DNA of 64,000 bases from Burkholderiales bacterium. GTDB taxonomy: Bacteria > Pseudomonadota > Gammaproteobacteria > Burkholderiales > SG8-41. Made by a program: the position numbers and the translations under genes. This document shows positions 27,703 to 39,479 of this stretch, piece by piece. The notes below the pieces were generated by a model that worked only from the letters and a program-made list of their open reading frames with translations, was not told the origin of the DNA and made no database searches. The stretch lies in assembly GCA_019634975.1 (NCBI GenBank), contig JAHCAI010000005.1, forward strand, positions 113,719 to 177,718, in the 5' to 3' direction. The stretch's first letter is position 1, and every line of letters starts with the position of its first letter.

Positions 27703-27919
27703 CGGATGCGACGCAGGCAATTGTTGTCCGCAGAGCGGACTATTGACTGATTGCCGAGGGACCATCAGCTATAATCAATAAGTCCGATTAGTGGACGGGC
27801 GCGCAGGGCGCCTCCGGAATCCGGTCCGGCCCCTGTCTTACAGCCTTGATCCATTTTGTTTACGAGCGGCGGCGCTGCCCTGCCCGTGACGCCGCCAACG
27901 ACCGCAGGCCATCCAGACC

Positions 27920-28744
27920 ATGACCGAACGCAATACCGTGAAAGAACTCGCCCTGCCGCAGCGCAGTGCCAAGCCGCGCCGCCGCGGCATCACCTCGATG
28001 ATCGACTTCGGGCCCGACACTTTCGGCTGGACCGGCGGCGAGCGCGGCATCGCCGACCTGCTGGATGTCGCGGCCGATTACATCGACTACGCCAAGATCT
28101 ACGCGATGAACGCGCTGCTGATACCCGGCGAGACGGTAAAGCGCACGACGAAGCTTTACCTCGACGCCGGCGTGATGCCTTTTGCCGGCGGCATCCTGTT
28201 CGAATACGCCTGGCACCGCAACGAGCTCGACGGCCTGATAGCCCTGCTCAAACGACTCGCCATTCCCGGGCTCGAAATCTCCGAGAACTACGTGACGCTC
28301 AGCGAGGACGAGCGCGCGCGCATGATCGACCGCTTCCAGAAGGCGGGCATCAAGGTCGTCTACGAATTCGGCCGCAAGAATCCGGAAGACCCGCTGAGCC
28401 TCGATTACCTCGAGGGCATCGTGCGCGCGGTCGCCGCACAGGGAATCCACCATGTCACCGTCGAGCAGTGTGAAATGGACCTGCTTGCGAAGGACTCGCC
28501 GCAGAGCATCAAGGCACTGTCGTCCCAGGAATGGTTCGACCACGTGGTCATCGAGGCCGATCCTTACCGCTTTCCGCAGCAGCACGTGCAGATGCTGCGC
28601 GACTTCGGCCGCGACGTGAACCTCGCCAACATCGCGCCCGGCCAGGTGCTGCGCCTCGAGGGCTTCCGCCAGGGCGTAGGCCGCGCGGTGAACTACTCCC
28701 TGCTGTCGGGCGACGATTCGCGCGCCGCCGGCATAGACCGCTGA
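27920..28744 (+). CDS. phosphosulfolactate synthase (ComA) family protein
   Basis: 274 aa. GGILFEYA, LEISENYVTLSEDERARMIDRFQKAGIKVVYEFGRKN and VNLANIAPGQVLRLEGFRQG line up with blocks I remember from archaeal ComA (GGTLFEYA, VEISDGS..S.EER, VNLANIA....L.LE.LRRG). Confidence 0.8.
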   Translation: MTERNTVKELALPQRSAKPRRRGITSMIDFGPDTFGWTGGERGIADLLDVAADYIDYAKIYAMNALLIPGETVKRTTKLYLDAGVMPFAGGILFEYAWHRNELDGLIALLKRLAIPGLEISENYVTLSEDERARMIDRFQKAGIKVVYEFGRKNPEDPLSLDYLEGIVRAVAAQGIHHVTVEQCEMDLLAKDSPQSIKALSSQEWFDHVVIEADPYRFPQQHVQMLRDFGRDVNLANIAPGQVLRLEGFRQGVGRAVNYSLLSGDDSRAAGIDR

Positions 28745-28791
28745 TCCGTCCACCTTCGTTTCAATCGACAACTGAAGAGACCAGAAACCCC

Positions 28792-30294
28792 ATGAGTGAT
28801 TCGATATTCGGAAACCCCGACGTCATCGTTGTCGGCGCCGGCAATGCCGCCGCCTGCGCCGCCCTCGCCGCCCGCGAGTCCGGCGGAAAAGTGATCATGC
28901 TCGAAGCGGCGCCGGTCGAGGAGTGCGGCGGCAACAGCCGCTATACCGCGGGCGCGATGCGCGTGCTGTTCAACGGCGTGGATGACCTCAAGCAGCTGGT
29001 GCCCGACCTCACGCAGGCCGAGATCGACAGCGCGGACTTCGGCACCTACACCGCGGAACAGTTCTACGACGACATGGGCCGCATCACCCAGTACCGCACG
29101 GATCCGGACCTCTGCGAAATCCTGATCTCGCGCAGCCTCGAGACGCTGACCTGGATGCGCAAGAAGGGCGTCAGGTTCCAGGCCAGCTTCGGCCGCCAGG
29201 CGATGAAGGTCGACGGCAAGTTCAAGTTCTTCGGCGGGCTCGCCGCAGAGACCTGGGGCGGCGGACCGGGCCTCGTGGAAAACGAGCACAAGGCCTGCGA
29301 GCGCGAAGGCATCACCATTTTCTACGAAACACCCGCCACCGGGCTGATCCAGGATGACGACGGCAAGGTGATCGGCGTCAAGGCGAGGCACAAGGGCCGG
29401 AACGTCGAGATCCGCTGCAAGGCGGTGGTGCTCGCTTGCGGCGGCTTCGAATCCAACGCCGAGATGCGCACGCGCTACCTGGGTGCCGGCTGGGATCTCG
29501 CCAAGGTCCGCGGCACGCGCTTCAATACCGGCGCCGGCATCCGCATGGCGATCGAGGCCGGCGCGCTGCCCTACGGCCACTGGTCGGGCTGCCATGCGGT
29601 GGGCTGGGATCTCAACGCGCCGCCCTTTGGTGACCTCGCGGTCGGCGACAACTTCCAGAAGCACAGCTATCCGATCGGCATCATGATCAACGCCAACGGC
29701 GAGCGATTCGTCGACGAAGGCGCCGATATCCGCAACTACACCTACGCCAAGTACGGCGCGGTGGTTCTCAACCAGCCGGGAATGTTCGCCTGGCAGATTT
29801 TCGACGCGCAGTCGATTCCGCTGCTGCGCGACGAGTACCGCATCAAGCAGGTAACCAAGGTCCGCGCCGATTCCCTCGAGGAACTCGTCAAGAAGCTCGA
29901 GGGCGTCAATGCCGAGGCCTGCCTGCGCGAGATCAAGGCCTACAACAAGGCGGTGCGCACCGACATCCCCTTCAACCTGACCATCAAGGACGGCCGCCGC
30001 ACCGAGGGCCTGAAAGTCAACAAGTCGAACTGGGCGCTGACCATAGAACAGCCGCCTTTCGAGGCCTATGCCGTGACCTGCGGCGTGACCTTCACCTTCG
30101 GCGGCGTCAAGGTCAACGGCGATGCCAATGTCGAGGATACCGCCGGCAAGCCGATTCCGGGGCTCTACGCCGCAGGCGAGATGGTCGGCGGCCTGTTCTA
30201 TCACAACTACCCCGGCGGCACCGGCCTCACCTCCGGCGCCGTCTTCGGCAAGCTCGCCGGCAGCAGCGCCGGCGCCTACGCCAAGGCCCTGTGA
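28792..30294 (+). CDS. FAD-dependent oxidoreductase, TcuA / fumarate-reductase-flavoprotein-like
   Basis: 500 aa. DVIVVGAGNAAACAALAARESGGKVIMLEAAP..CGGNSRYTAG is the dinucleotide fold seen in TcuA-type dehydrogenases, and the C-terminus has GLYAAGEMVGG. Confidence 0.8.
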   Translation: MSDSIFGNPDVIVVGAGNAAACAALAARESGGKVIMLEAAPVEECGGNSRYTAGAMRVLFNGVDDLKQLVPDLTQAEIDSADFGTYTAEQFYDDMGRITQYRTDPDLCEILISRSLETLTWMRKKGVRFQASFGRQAMKVDGKFKFFGGLAAETWGGGPGLVENEHKACEREGITIFYETPATGLIQDDDGKVIGVKARHKGRNVEIRCKAVVLACGGFESNAEMRTRYLGAGWDLAKVRGTRFNTGAGIRMAIEAGALPYGHWSGCHAVGWDLNAPPFGDLAVGDNFQKHSYPIGIMINANGERFVDEGADIRNYTYAKYGAVVLNQPGMFAWQIFDAQSIPLLRDEYRIKQVTKVRADSLEELVKKLEGVNAEACLREIKAYNKAVRTDIPFNLTIKDGRRTEGLKVNKSNWALTIEQPPFEAYAVTCGVTFTFGGVKVNGDANVEDTAGKPIPGLYAAGEMVGGLFYHNYPGGTGLTSGAVFGKLAGSSAGAYAKAL

Positions 30295-30382
30295 CGATGG
30301 CGCCGTTCCAGACTGTGAGCACACTCGCTTGCGCCCGGAAGCCCCGGGCGTAAAATCCCCAAGTCCCCAAGGAGGAACAACG

Positions 30383-31159
30383 ATGAATGCACCCGCGATC
30401 AAGATCACCAAGCCTGTCCGCGAGCAGGTCAGCAAGGAAGAATGGGAAGCACGCGTAAACCTCGCCGCCTGCTACCGGCTGATGGCCGAATACGGCATGG
30501 TGGAGATGGTGGCGAACCACATTTCGGTGCGCGTGCCGGGCACCCACAATGAATTCCTGATCAACCCCTACGGCATGCTCTACGAGGAAATGACCGCTTC
30601 CTCGATGCTGAAAGTAGACCTCGAGGGCAATGTACTGTTCAACGCCACCGAATACGGCGTCAACCAGGCCGGCTTCGTGATCCACAGCGCCGTGCATGCG
30701 GCCCGTCACGACGTCGAGTGCATCATCCACACCCATACTCTGCCCGGCATGGCGGTTTCGGCGATGAAATGCGGCATCCTGCCGATCGCGCAGTCCTCGA
30801 TGCGCTTCCTCGACATCGCCTACCACGACTACGAGGGTGTCGCGCTGCGCCTCGACGAACGCGAGCGCCTGGTGCAGAACCTCGGCAACCGTGAAGCGAT
30901 GGTGCTGCGCAACCACGGCCTGCTGACCGTGGGTGCCAGCATCCCCGAGTGTTTCAACAACATGTTCCGCCTCGAGCGCGCCTGCGAACTGCAGGTGATG
31001 ACCCTGTCCTGCAACACCGAACTGCAGCTGCCGCCCGAGGAAGTCACGAAATACACCAACAACCTGATGCTGCCCGGCGTGCGCCGCCGCTTCGGCCTGC
31101 TGGAATGGCCGGCGCTGCTGCGCAAGCTCGACCGCAAGGATCCCTCTTACCGCGATTGA
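30383..31159 (+). CDS. class II aldolase / adducin-head family protein
   Basis: ATG is preceded by AAGGAGG. 258 aa. Motifs: NHISVRVPG, FVIHSAVHAARHDVECIIHTHT (metal-binding His), MVLRNHGLLTVG. Confidence 0.88.
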   Translation: MNAPAIKITKPVREQVSKEEWEARVNLAACYRLMAEYGMVEMVANHISVRVPGTHNEFLINPYGMLYEEMTASSMLKVDLEGNVLFNATEYGVNQAGFVIHSAVHAARHDVECIIHTHTLPGMAVSAMKCGILPIAQSSMRFLDIAYHDYEGVALRLDERERLVQNLGNREAMVLRNHGLLTVGASIPECFNNMFRLERACELQVMTLSCNTELQLPPEEVTKYTNNLMLPGVRRRFGLLEWPALLRKLDRKDPSYRD

Positions 31160-31177
31160 GCGGCCGGATCGGCACGC

Positions 31178-31206
31178 AAAAAAAGGGCCCCGAGGGGCCC
31201 TTTTTT
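31178..31206. terminator. bidirectional rho-independent terminator
   Basis: Sequence aaaaaaagggccccgaggggccctttttt: a perfect GC stem flanked by an A-run and a T-run, between convergent genes. Confidence 0.8.
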
Positions 31207-31220
31207 GCGGAATGCGAAAC

Positions 31221-31565
31221 CTATTTCAGCAGGCGGATCGCGAACGGGTAGCGGTAATGCTCGCCCTTGGACACGGCCAGCGCGGCAAGGATGCAGAACA
31301 CCAGATTGGCGATCAGCAGCAGGGGCATCAGCAGTGCGCCGATCAGGACCAACATCAGGATGCCTGCTGCGACGAAGGCGATCAGCATCGTGATCTGGAA
31401 ATTCAGCGCTTCCTTGCCCTGCTCGTCGATGAATGCCGACTGGTCCTTCTTGATCAGCCAGATGATCAGGGCGCCGATGAATCCGGATACGATGCCCAGC
31501 AGGTGCGCCAGCATCGCCAGGTTGCGGTCGTCATTGCTCGGGGTCTGTGCCACGGGATCGTTCAT
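31221..31565 (-). CDS. DUF4870-like small membrane protein
   Basis: 114 aa from MNDPVAQT, preceded by GGAGA. ERNLAMLAHLLGI....GALIIWLIKKD.S.F....GKEALNFQIT is the pattern of the DUF4870 family. Confidence 0.65.
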   Translation of the reverse strand: MNDPVAQTPSNDDRNLAMLAHLLGIVSGFIGALIIWLIKKDQSAFIDEQGKEALNFQITMLIAFVAAGILMLVLIGALLMPLLLIANLVFCILAALAVSKGEHYRYPFAIRLLK

Positions 31566-31654
31566 GGTTCGTTCTCCCTGTTGTGGTTGTCGCCGGTAGG
31601 CCCCGCGATTGTGGCATGCCGGTAGAAGAGGCGTAAACCGCGTACCATCCGCAC

Positions 31655-32620
31655 ATGTCCGGATCGCCACCCGTGTACCGCGCGCCGCGATGGCTGCCCG
31701 GCGGAAACCTGCAGACCCTGTACCCGGCGCTGCTGGCGCCGGTGCCGGCCGTGGCCTGGCACCGCGAACGCCAGGACACGCCCGACGGCGATTTCATCGA
31801 TCTCGACTGGACCGAACCCGGCGGCGGGGACGGCAGGCAGCCGCTGCTCGCGCTCTTTCACGGACTCGAAGGCAGCTCGAACAGCCATTACGCGCGGGCG
31901 CTGATGCATGCCGCCATGCAACGCGGCTGGCAGGGCGTGGTCGTGCATTTCCGCGGCTGCAGCGGCGAGATCAACCGCCTGCCGCGCGCCTACCACTCCG
32001 GCGACAGCGCGGAGATCGACTGGATCCTGCGCCGCCTGCGGGAAAGTCATGCCGGCCCGCTGTTCGCCTGCGGGATCTCGCTGGGCGGCAACGCGCTGCT
32101 GAAATGGCTGGGCGAACAGGGACCCGCCGCCACCGGCATCCTGCAGCGTGCCGCGGGCATCTCCGCCCCGCTGGACCTGCAGGCAGCCGCCACGGCGCTG
32201 GAACGCGGCTTCAACCTCGCCTACACAGGGCATTTCCTTGCCACCATGAAGCGCAAGTCCCTCGCCAAGCTGCGCGCGCATCCGGGACTGTTCGATGCCG
32301 CACGCCTGCGCGCCGCACGCACGCTGCGCGAATTCGACGATCTCGTCACGGCGCCGCTGCACGGCTTCCGTGGCGTCGACGATTACTACGACCGCTCCAG
32401 CAGCAAGCCGTACCTCGCGCGCATCCGCGTGCCGACACTGCTGCTCAATGCGCGCAATGATCCCTTCCTGCCCTCCGCCGCGTTGCCGGCGCCCCATGAA
32501 CTGGCGGCCGAGGTCACTGCGCTATTTCCCGACGAGGGCGGGCATGTCGGATTTCCTGATCCTGCGGGGACGCTCGACTGGCTGCCGCACACCGTGCTCG
32601 AATTCTTCACGGGCGAATGA
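31655..32620 (+). CDS. alpha/beta hydrolase, YheT-like
   Basis: 321 aa. LFHGLEGSSNSHY, GISLGGNALLKWLGE (nucleophile elbow) and a C-terminal GGHVGF. Confidence 0.85.
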   Translation: MSGSPPVYRAPRWLPGGNLQTLYPALLAPVPAVAWHRERQDTPDGDFIDLDWTEPGGGDGRQPLLALFHGLEGSSNSHYARALMHAAMQRGWQGVVVHFRGCSGEINRLPRAYHSGDSAEIDWILRRLRESHAGPLFACGISLGGNALLKWLGEQGPAATGILQRAAGISAPLDLQAAATALERGFNLAYTGHFLATMKRKSLAKLRAHPGLFDAARLRAARTLREFDDLVTAPLHGFRGVDDYYDRSSSKPYLARIRVPTLLLNARNDPFLPSAALPAPHELAAEVTALFPDEGGHVGFPDPAGTLDWLPHTVLEFFTGE

Positions 32621-32630
32621 TAGAATTCGC

Positions 32631-32661
32631 AACTATTTGTTTTTATTGATATTTTTATAAT
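32631..32661. repeat. AT-rich intergenic element (25-bp exact inverted copy of 59549-59573)
   Basis: Sequence aactatttgtttttattgatatttttataat. It abuts and includes the first bases of the PMM/PGM start codon. Confidence 0.55.
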
Positions 32662-34042
32662 GCTCCCGACCACTCCCCCCGCCACCATTTTCAAGGCCTA
32701 TGACATCCGCGGCATCGTCGGCGACACGCTCACCGAAGCCGGTGTCGAATCCATCGGTCGCGCCATCGGCTCGGAAGCCCGCGCCCGCGGCCGTGACTGC
32801 GTGGTGATCGGCCGCGATGGCCGTCACTCGGGACCGGCATTCGCCGCGGCGCTTGCGCGCGGGCTGCAGGCGAGCGGCGTCGATGTCATCGATGTCGGCC
32901 AGGTCGCCACGCCGATGCTCTACTTCGCCGCCCATGAACTGGGCACGCTGTCGGGTGTAATGGTCACCGGCTCGCACAATCCGCCGCAGTACAACGGGCT
33001 GAAAATGATGCTCGCCGGCGACACGCTGGCCGGCGATGCCATCCAGGCCCTGCGCGCGCGCATCACCGGCAACGACCTGGCCGCCGGCAGCGGCAGCTAC
33101 CGGACGCATGACATCCGTGCCGCCTACCTCGAACGCATCGTCAGCTCGGTAAAATTGTCGCGGCCGATGCGCATCGCCATCGACTGCGGCAACGGCGTCG
33201 CCGGCGCCACCGCACCTAATCTCTACCGCCGGCTCGGCTGCGATGTTGAAGAGCTGTTCTGTGAAGTCGATGGCTCATTCCCGAATCACCACCCCGATCC
33301 CTCACAGCCGCACAATCTTGAAGATCTTGTCGCGGCACTGAAGGCGGGGGCGGCTGAAATCGGCCTCGCTTTCGACGGCGACGGCGACCGCCTCGGCGTG
33401 GTCACCAAATCGGGAAAAATCATCTACCCCGACCGCCAGCTGATGCTGTTCGCGGCCGACGTGCTTGCACGCGAACCCGACGCCGAGATTATTTTTGACG
33501 TCAAGTGCACGCGCCACCTGTTCGACTGGATCCGCCGGCACGGCGGCCGTCCGCTGCTGTGGAAAACCGGCCACTCCTTCATCAAGAAAAAACTGAAGGA
33601 AAGCGGCGCGCCGCTCGCCGGCGAGATGAGCGGCCACATTTTCTTCAGGGAACGCTGGTACGGCTTTGACGACGGCATGTATGCCGGCGCACGGCTGCTG
33701 GAAATCCTCAGCCGCAGCGACGATCCCTCGGCCGTGCTCGAGGCGCTGCCTGACTCGGTGAGCACTCCGGAGCTGCAGTGGCAGCTCGCCGAGGGCGAGA
33801 ACTACACGCTGATGGACGCCTTGCAAAAAACGGCCCGCTTTCCCGCCGCGAAGGAAATCATCACCATCGACGGACTGCGCGTCGAATATGCCGACGGCTT
33901 CGGACTGGCACGCCCTTCCAACACCACGCCCATCATCGTGCTGCGTTTCGAGGCGGACGATGCCGCCGCCCTGCAACGGATCCAGGAAGATTTCCGCAAG
34001 GTTCTGCTCGCGGTCAAACCCGGTGCCACACTTCCCTTCTGA
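32660..34042 (+). CDS. phosphomannomutase/phosphoglucomutase
   Basis: 460 aa. Motifs: IFKAYDIRGIVG, the active-site loop VTGSHNPPQYNGLK, the metal loop FDGDGDR, and GEMSGH. Confidence 0.95.
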   Translation: MLPTTPPATIFKAYDIRGIVGDTLTEAGVESIGRAIGSEARARGRDCVVIGRDGRHSGPAFAAALARGLQASGVDVIDVGQVATPMLYFAAHELGTLSGVMVTGSHNPPQYNGLKMMLAGDTLAGDAIQALRARITGNDLAAGSGSYRTHDIRAAYLERIVSSVKLSRPMRIAIDCGNGVAGATAPNLYRRLGCDVEELFCEVDGSFPNHHPDPSQPHNLEDLVAALKAGAAEIGLAFDGDGDRLGVVTKSGKIIYPDRQLMLFAADVLAREPDAEIIFDVKCTRHLFDWIRRHGGRPLLWKTGHSFIKKKLKESGAPLAGEMSGHIFFRERWYGFDDGMYAGARLLEILSRSDDPSAVLEALPDSVSTPELQWQLAEGENYTLMDALQKTARFPAAKEIITIDGLRVEYADGFGLARPSNTTPIIVLRFEADDAAALQRIQEDFRKVLLAVKPGATLPF

Positions 34043-34061
34043 AGGTTCAGCCCGGACTTTA

Positions 34062-34091
34062 TTGACGTGACCGTCCTGCCCCAGCTATAAA
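34062..34091 (+). promoter_or_regulatory. candidate sigma-70 promoter for the pilin-like gene
   Basis: TTGACG (34062-34067), an 18-nt spacer, then TATAAA (34086-34091), about 90 nt upstream of the ATG. Confidence 0.3.
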
Positions 34092-34183
34092 TTCCGCAGC
34101 CGCCAGAAGGTTCGCGGCATTTCGGAGCGATCCTCGACCAGTGCTCCTCGACGAAAGCGGCATTTACGCGATTAATCAAACCC

Positions 34184-34678
34184 ATGCAGCGATCCGCCAC
34201 AGGTTTCACGCTGGTTGAATTGGTCACGGTGATCGTCATTCTTGGCGTGCTGGGCTCGTTCGCGCTGCCGCGACTGGTCGATCTCCGCGATGAGGCGCAC
34301 AAGACCAGCGTAGCCGGAACCGCAGCCGCCTTTGGCTCGGCGATCCAGCTTGCCTTCCTGGCATGCCAGGCCAGAAGCTACGCCGGCAGCGACAATCTGC
34401 CGGAATTCGGCACCGGCATAGTGGACTTCAACGCAAACTGCTTTCCATCATCGACAAACGGCAACAACGGAAACGTCAATGCCAATCGTTGCCTGCAGGT
34501 CTGGAACGGTGTTCTGCAAGGCGCGCCGACCATCAGCACGCCGGCGATAGCGACTACTGAATGGCGTGCCCAGGGTTCCGGCACGACCTGCACCTATACC
34601 TACCGCCGGGACACTGCCACTCTCCGCAGATTCACCTACAGTACCGCAACCGGCGCGATCACCATCAGCAATCCCTAG
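34184..34678 (+). CDS. prepilin-type N-terminal cleavage/methylation domain protein (type IV pilin / pseudopilin-like)
   Basis: MQRSATG/FTLVELVTVIVILGVLGSFALP is the class III signal peptide and hydrophobic helix. 164 aa with four Cys in the C-terminal half. Confidence 0.8.
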   Translation: MQRSATGFTLVELVTVIVILGVLGSFALPRLVDLRDEAHKTSVAGTAAAFGSAIQLAFLACQARSYAGSDNLPEFGTGIVDFNANCFPSSTNGNNGNVNANRCLQVWNGVLQGAPTISTPAIATTEWRAQGSGTTCTYTYRRDTATLRRFTYSTATGAITISNP

Positions 34679-34726
34679 AACGTACAGCGCGGACGCCCGC
34701 CGCGGCAGCCATGCGCCGGTCTGCTG

Positions 34727-37369
<2,643 letters not shown>

Positions 37370-37415
37370 TTAAACCAGTTTTACCGCTGCATTCCGCGCT
37401 GCAGCGAGCGGCCGC

Positions 37416-37784
37416 TCAGAAGCGGCGGATTTCCTCGACCCGCAATCCCAGGGACTGGCCGCCGATGATGGCCGCGCTGCGCACGGTGCCGCGCAGGCCG
37501 ACAGTCTCGTCTGCCGCCGGCAATTCTCCCCGCGTGGTCACGCTGATCTCGCCGGTCGCATCCTGCAGGGTGTAGGACCGGAGGTCGAGGATAGGCAGCT
37601 TGGTCACCGACGTGACCTTGCCGCGCAACTTGACTTCCTTGCCCTCGAAATTCGCCGGTGCGGCGGTGATGTCCCTGATCGGCGTGTCGCCGAAAGGCAG
37701 GGCATCGCAGCCTGCCAGCAGCAGCACGGCGATGGCCATCGCCGACCAGAACACGAAAGAATCCTTGTTGCGGATCATGATCAT
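37416..37784 (-). CDS. hypothetical lipoprotein, OB-fold-like
   Basis: 122 aa with the lipobox LLLAGC. The ATG overlaps the recX stop (ATGA). The beta-rich segment KEVKLRGKVTSV...YTLQDATGEISV suggests an OB fold, by inference only. Confidence 0.55.
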   Translation of the reverse strand: MIMIRNKDSFVFWSAMAIAVLLLAGCDALPFGDTPIRDITAAPANFEGKEVKLRGKVTSVTKLPILDLRSYTLQDATGEISVTTRGELPAADETVGLRGTVRSAAIIGGQSLGLRVEEIRRF

Positions 37785-38254
37785 TCCTCCCCCACACCGT
37801 TCATGCCGTCGCGGGACAAGCCGCGCAGCAGCCTGACTATCGTTTCACTGCCGAAACCGCGGCCGAGCAGGAAACGCGCCTGCCTGGCCCGCTCGGCGGC
37901 GTTCGCCGGCGGTGCGCGGAACTTCCGTTTCCACACCGCCCGCGCGGCCTCCAGTTCACCGTCCTTCAGCGTGGCCAAGGCAGCAGCGCTGGCCTCCGCC
38001 GATACGCCTTTTGCCTCCAGATCACGGCGTATGCGCGCCGGGCCGTAGCGGCCGCGCCGCGCATGTACGATCTGCTCGGCGGCACGCTGCTCGGACAGCC
38101 AGCCGCGCTGCGTAAAGTCGTCGAGGATCTGCGCCACTTCGGCTTCCGACCCGGCGTGCGGCGCGAGCTTGAGCGCCAGTTCGTGGCGGGTATGCTCGCG
38201 CCGCGCCAAGTGCCTAAGTGCGCGTGCCCTGAGACTGGGTTCTTTGGCGGGCAT
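37781..38254 (-). CDS. recX: recombination regulator RecX
   Basis: 157 aa lying directly downstream of recA. ALRHLARREHTRHELALKL and the repeated three-helix pattern are RecX-like. Confidence 0.9.
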   Translation of the reverse strand: MPAKEPSLRARALRHLARREHTRHELALKLAPHAGSEAEVAQILDDFTQRGWLSEQRAAEQIVHARRGRYGPARIRRDLEAKGVSAEASAAALATLKDGELEAARAVWKRKFRAPPANAAERARQARFLLGRGFGSETIVRLLRGLSRDGMNGVGEE

Positions 38255-38278
38255 GCCGCCTGCCGCCGGTAAGCCGGA

Positions 38279-39355
38279 TTACTGCCCCGACGCCTTCTTG
38301 CGGGCAGCCGGATCCGACTCGACCACTTCCAGCGCCGCCTTGTCCTTCTTCACCTGCGGTCCGCCGCTGATGCCCAGCACCGCGCGGATCTTGGCTTCGA
38401 TTTCATTGGCGATCTGGGGATTCTCCCGCAGGTAATCGCGGGTGTTGTCCTTGCCCTGACCGATGCGGTCCTTGCCGTAGGAATACCAGGCACCGGACTT
38501 CTCGATGATGTTGTGGGCCACGCCGAGCTCGATGATCTCGCCCTCGCGCGAAATGCCCTCGCCATAGAGGATGTCGAACTCGGCCTGGCGGAACGGCGGC
38601 GCCACCTTGTTCTTGACGATCTTGGCGCGGGTTTCGGAGCCGATGACCTCCTCGCCCTTCTTGATCGAACCGATGCGGCGGATGTCGATGCGCACCGAGG
38701 CGTAGAACTTCAGCGCGTTGCCGCCGGTGGTGGTTTCGGGGTTGCCGAACATGACGCCGATCTTCATGCGGATCTGGTTGATGAAAATCACCAGCGTATT
38801 GGAGCGCTTGATGTTGGCGGTGAGCTTGCGCAGCGCCTGCGACATCAGCCGCGCCTGCAGGCCCATCTGCGGCTCGCCCATCTCGCCCTCGATCTCGGCC
38901 TTGGGCACCAGCGCCGCCACCGAGTCGATGACCACCACGTCGACCGAACCGGAGCGCACCAGCATGTCGGCGATTTCCAGCGCCTGCTCGCCGTTGTCGG
39001 GCTGGGAAATGATCAGTTCATCGACCTTGACGCCGAGCTTGGCGGCGTACTGCGGATCGAGCGCATGCTCGGCATCGATGAAGGCCGCGGAACCGCCGAG
39101 TTTCTGCATCTGCGCGATCACCGACAGCGTCAGCGTGGTCTTGCCCGAGGACTCCGGACCGTAGATCTCGACCACCCGGCCGCGCGGCAGGCCGCCGATG
39201 CCGAGCCCGATGTCCAGACCCAGCGAACCCGTCGATACCGCCTGGATGTCGCGGGCGATGTCCGATTCGCCCATGCGCATCACCGAGCCCTTGCCGAACT
39301 GCTTTTCGATCTGCGACAGCGCCGCTGCCAGCGCCTTGGTTTTGTTTTCGTCCAT
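38279..39355 (-). CDS. recA: recombinase RecA
   Basis: The start [29 protein letters not shown] is the canonical RecA N-terminus. Walker A is GPESSGKTT. The ORF-track start at 39424 was not used. Confidence 0.98.
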   Translation of the reverse strand: MDENKTKALAAALSQIEKQFGKGSVMRMGESDIARDIQAVSTGSLGLDIGLGIGGLPRGRVVEIYGPESSGKTTLTLSVIAQMQKLGGSAAFIDAEHALDPQYAAKLGVKVDELIISQPDNGEQALEIADMLVRSGSVDVVVIDSVAALVPKAEIEGEMGEPQMGLQARLMSQALRKLTANIKRSNTLVIFINQIRMKIGVMFGNPETTTGGNALKFYASVRIDIRRIGSIKKGEEVIGSETRAKIVKNKVAPPFRQAEFDILYGEGISREGEIIELGVAHNIIEKSGAWYSYGKDRIGQGKDNTRDYLRENPQIANEIEAKIRAVLGISGGPQVKKDKAALEVVESDPAARKKASGQ

Positions 39356-39436
39356 GATGTCCTCTTCCGTGTTCTGGGTTGTGCGGTGTGCTGCAACAGG
39401 TCTGACGGCGCCCATTATACACATTTTGGGGTCCTG

Positions 39437-39456
39437 TGCTGGTTATTTATACAGTA
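39437..39456 (-). promoter_or_regulatory. candidate LexA (SOS) box upstream of recA
   Basis: The minus strand reads TACTGTATAAATAACCAGCA. That is CTGT-N8-CCAG, one mismatch to the CTGT-N8-ACAG consensus. It lies about 85-100 nt upstream of the recA ATG. Confidence 0.5.
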
Positions 39457-39479
39457 GTGTGCAAATAACCAGCAAATAA

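Noticed and set aside
27743-27773. TTGACT ... TATAAT as a canonical sigma-70 promoter for the ComA-like module.
   Set aside because: The spacing between the hexamers is 21 nt, outside the functional 16-19 nt range. Only the -10 box is convincing, so I treat it as a possible activator-dependent promoter rather than annotate it.
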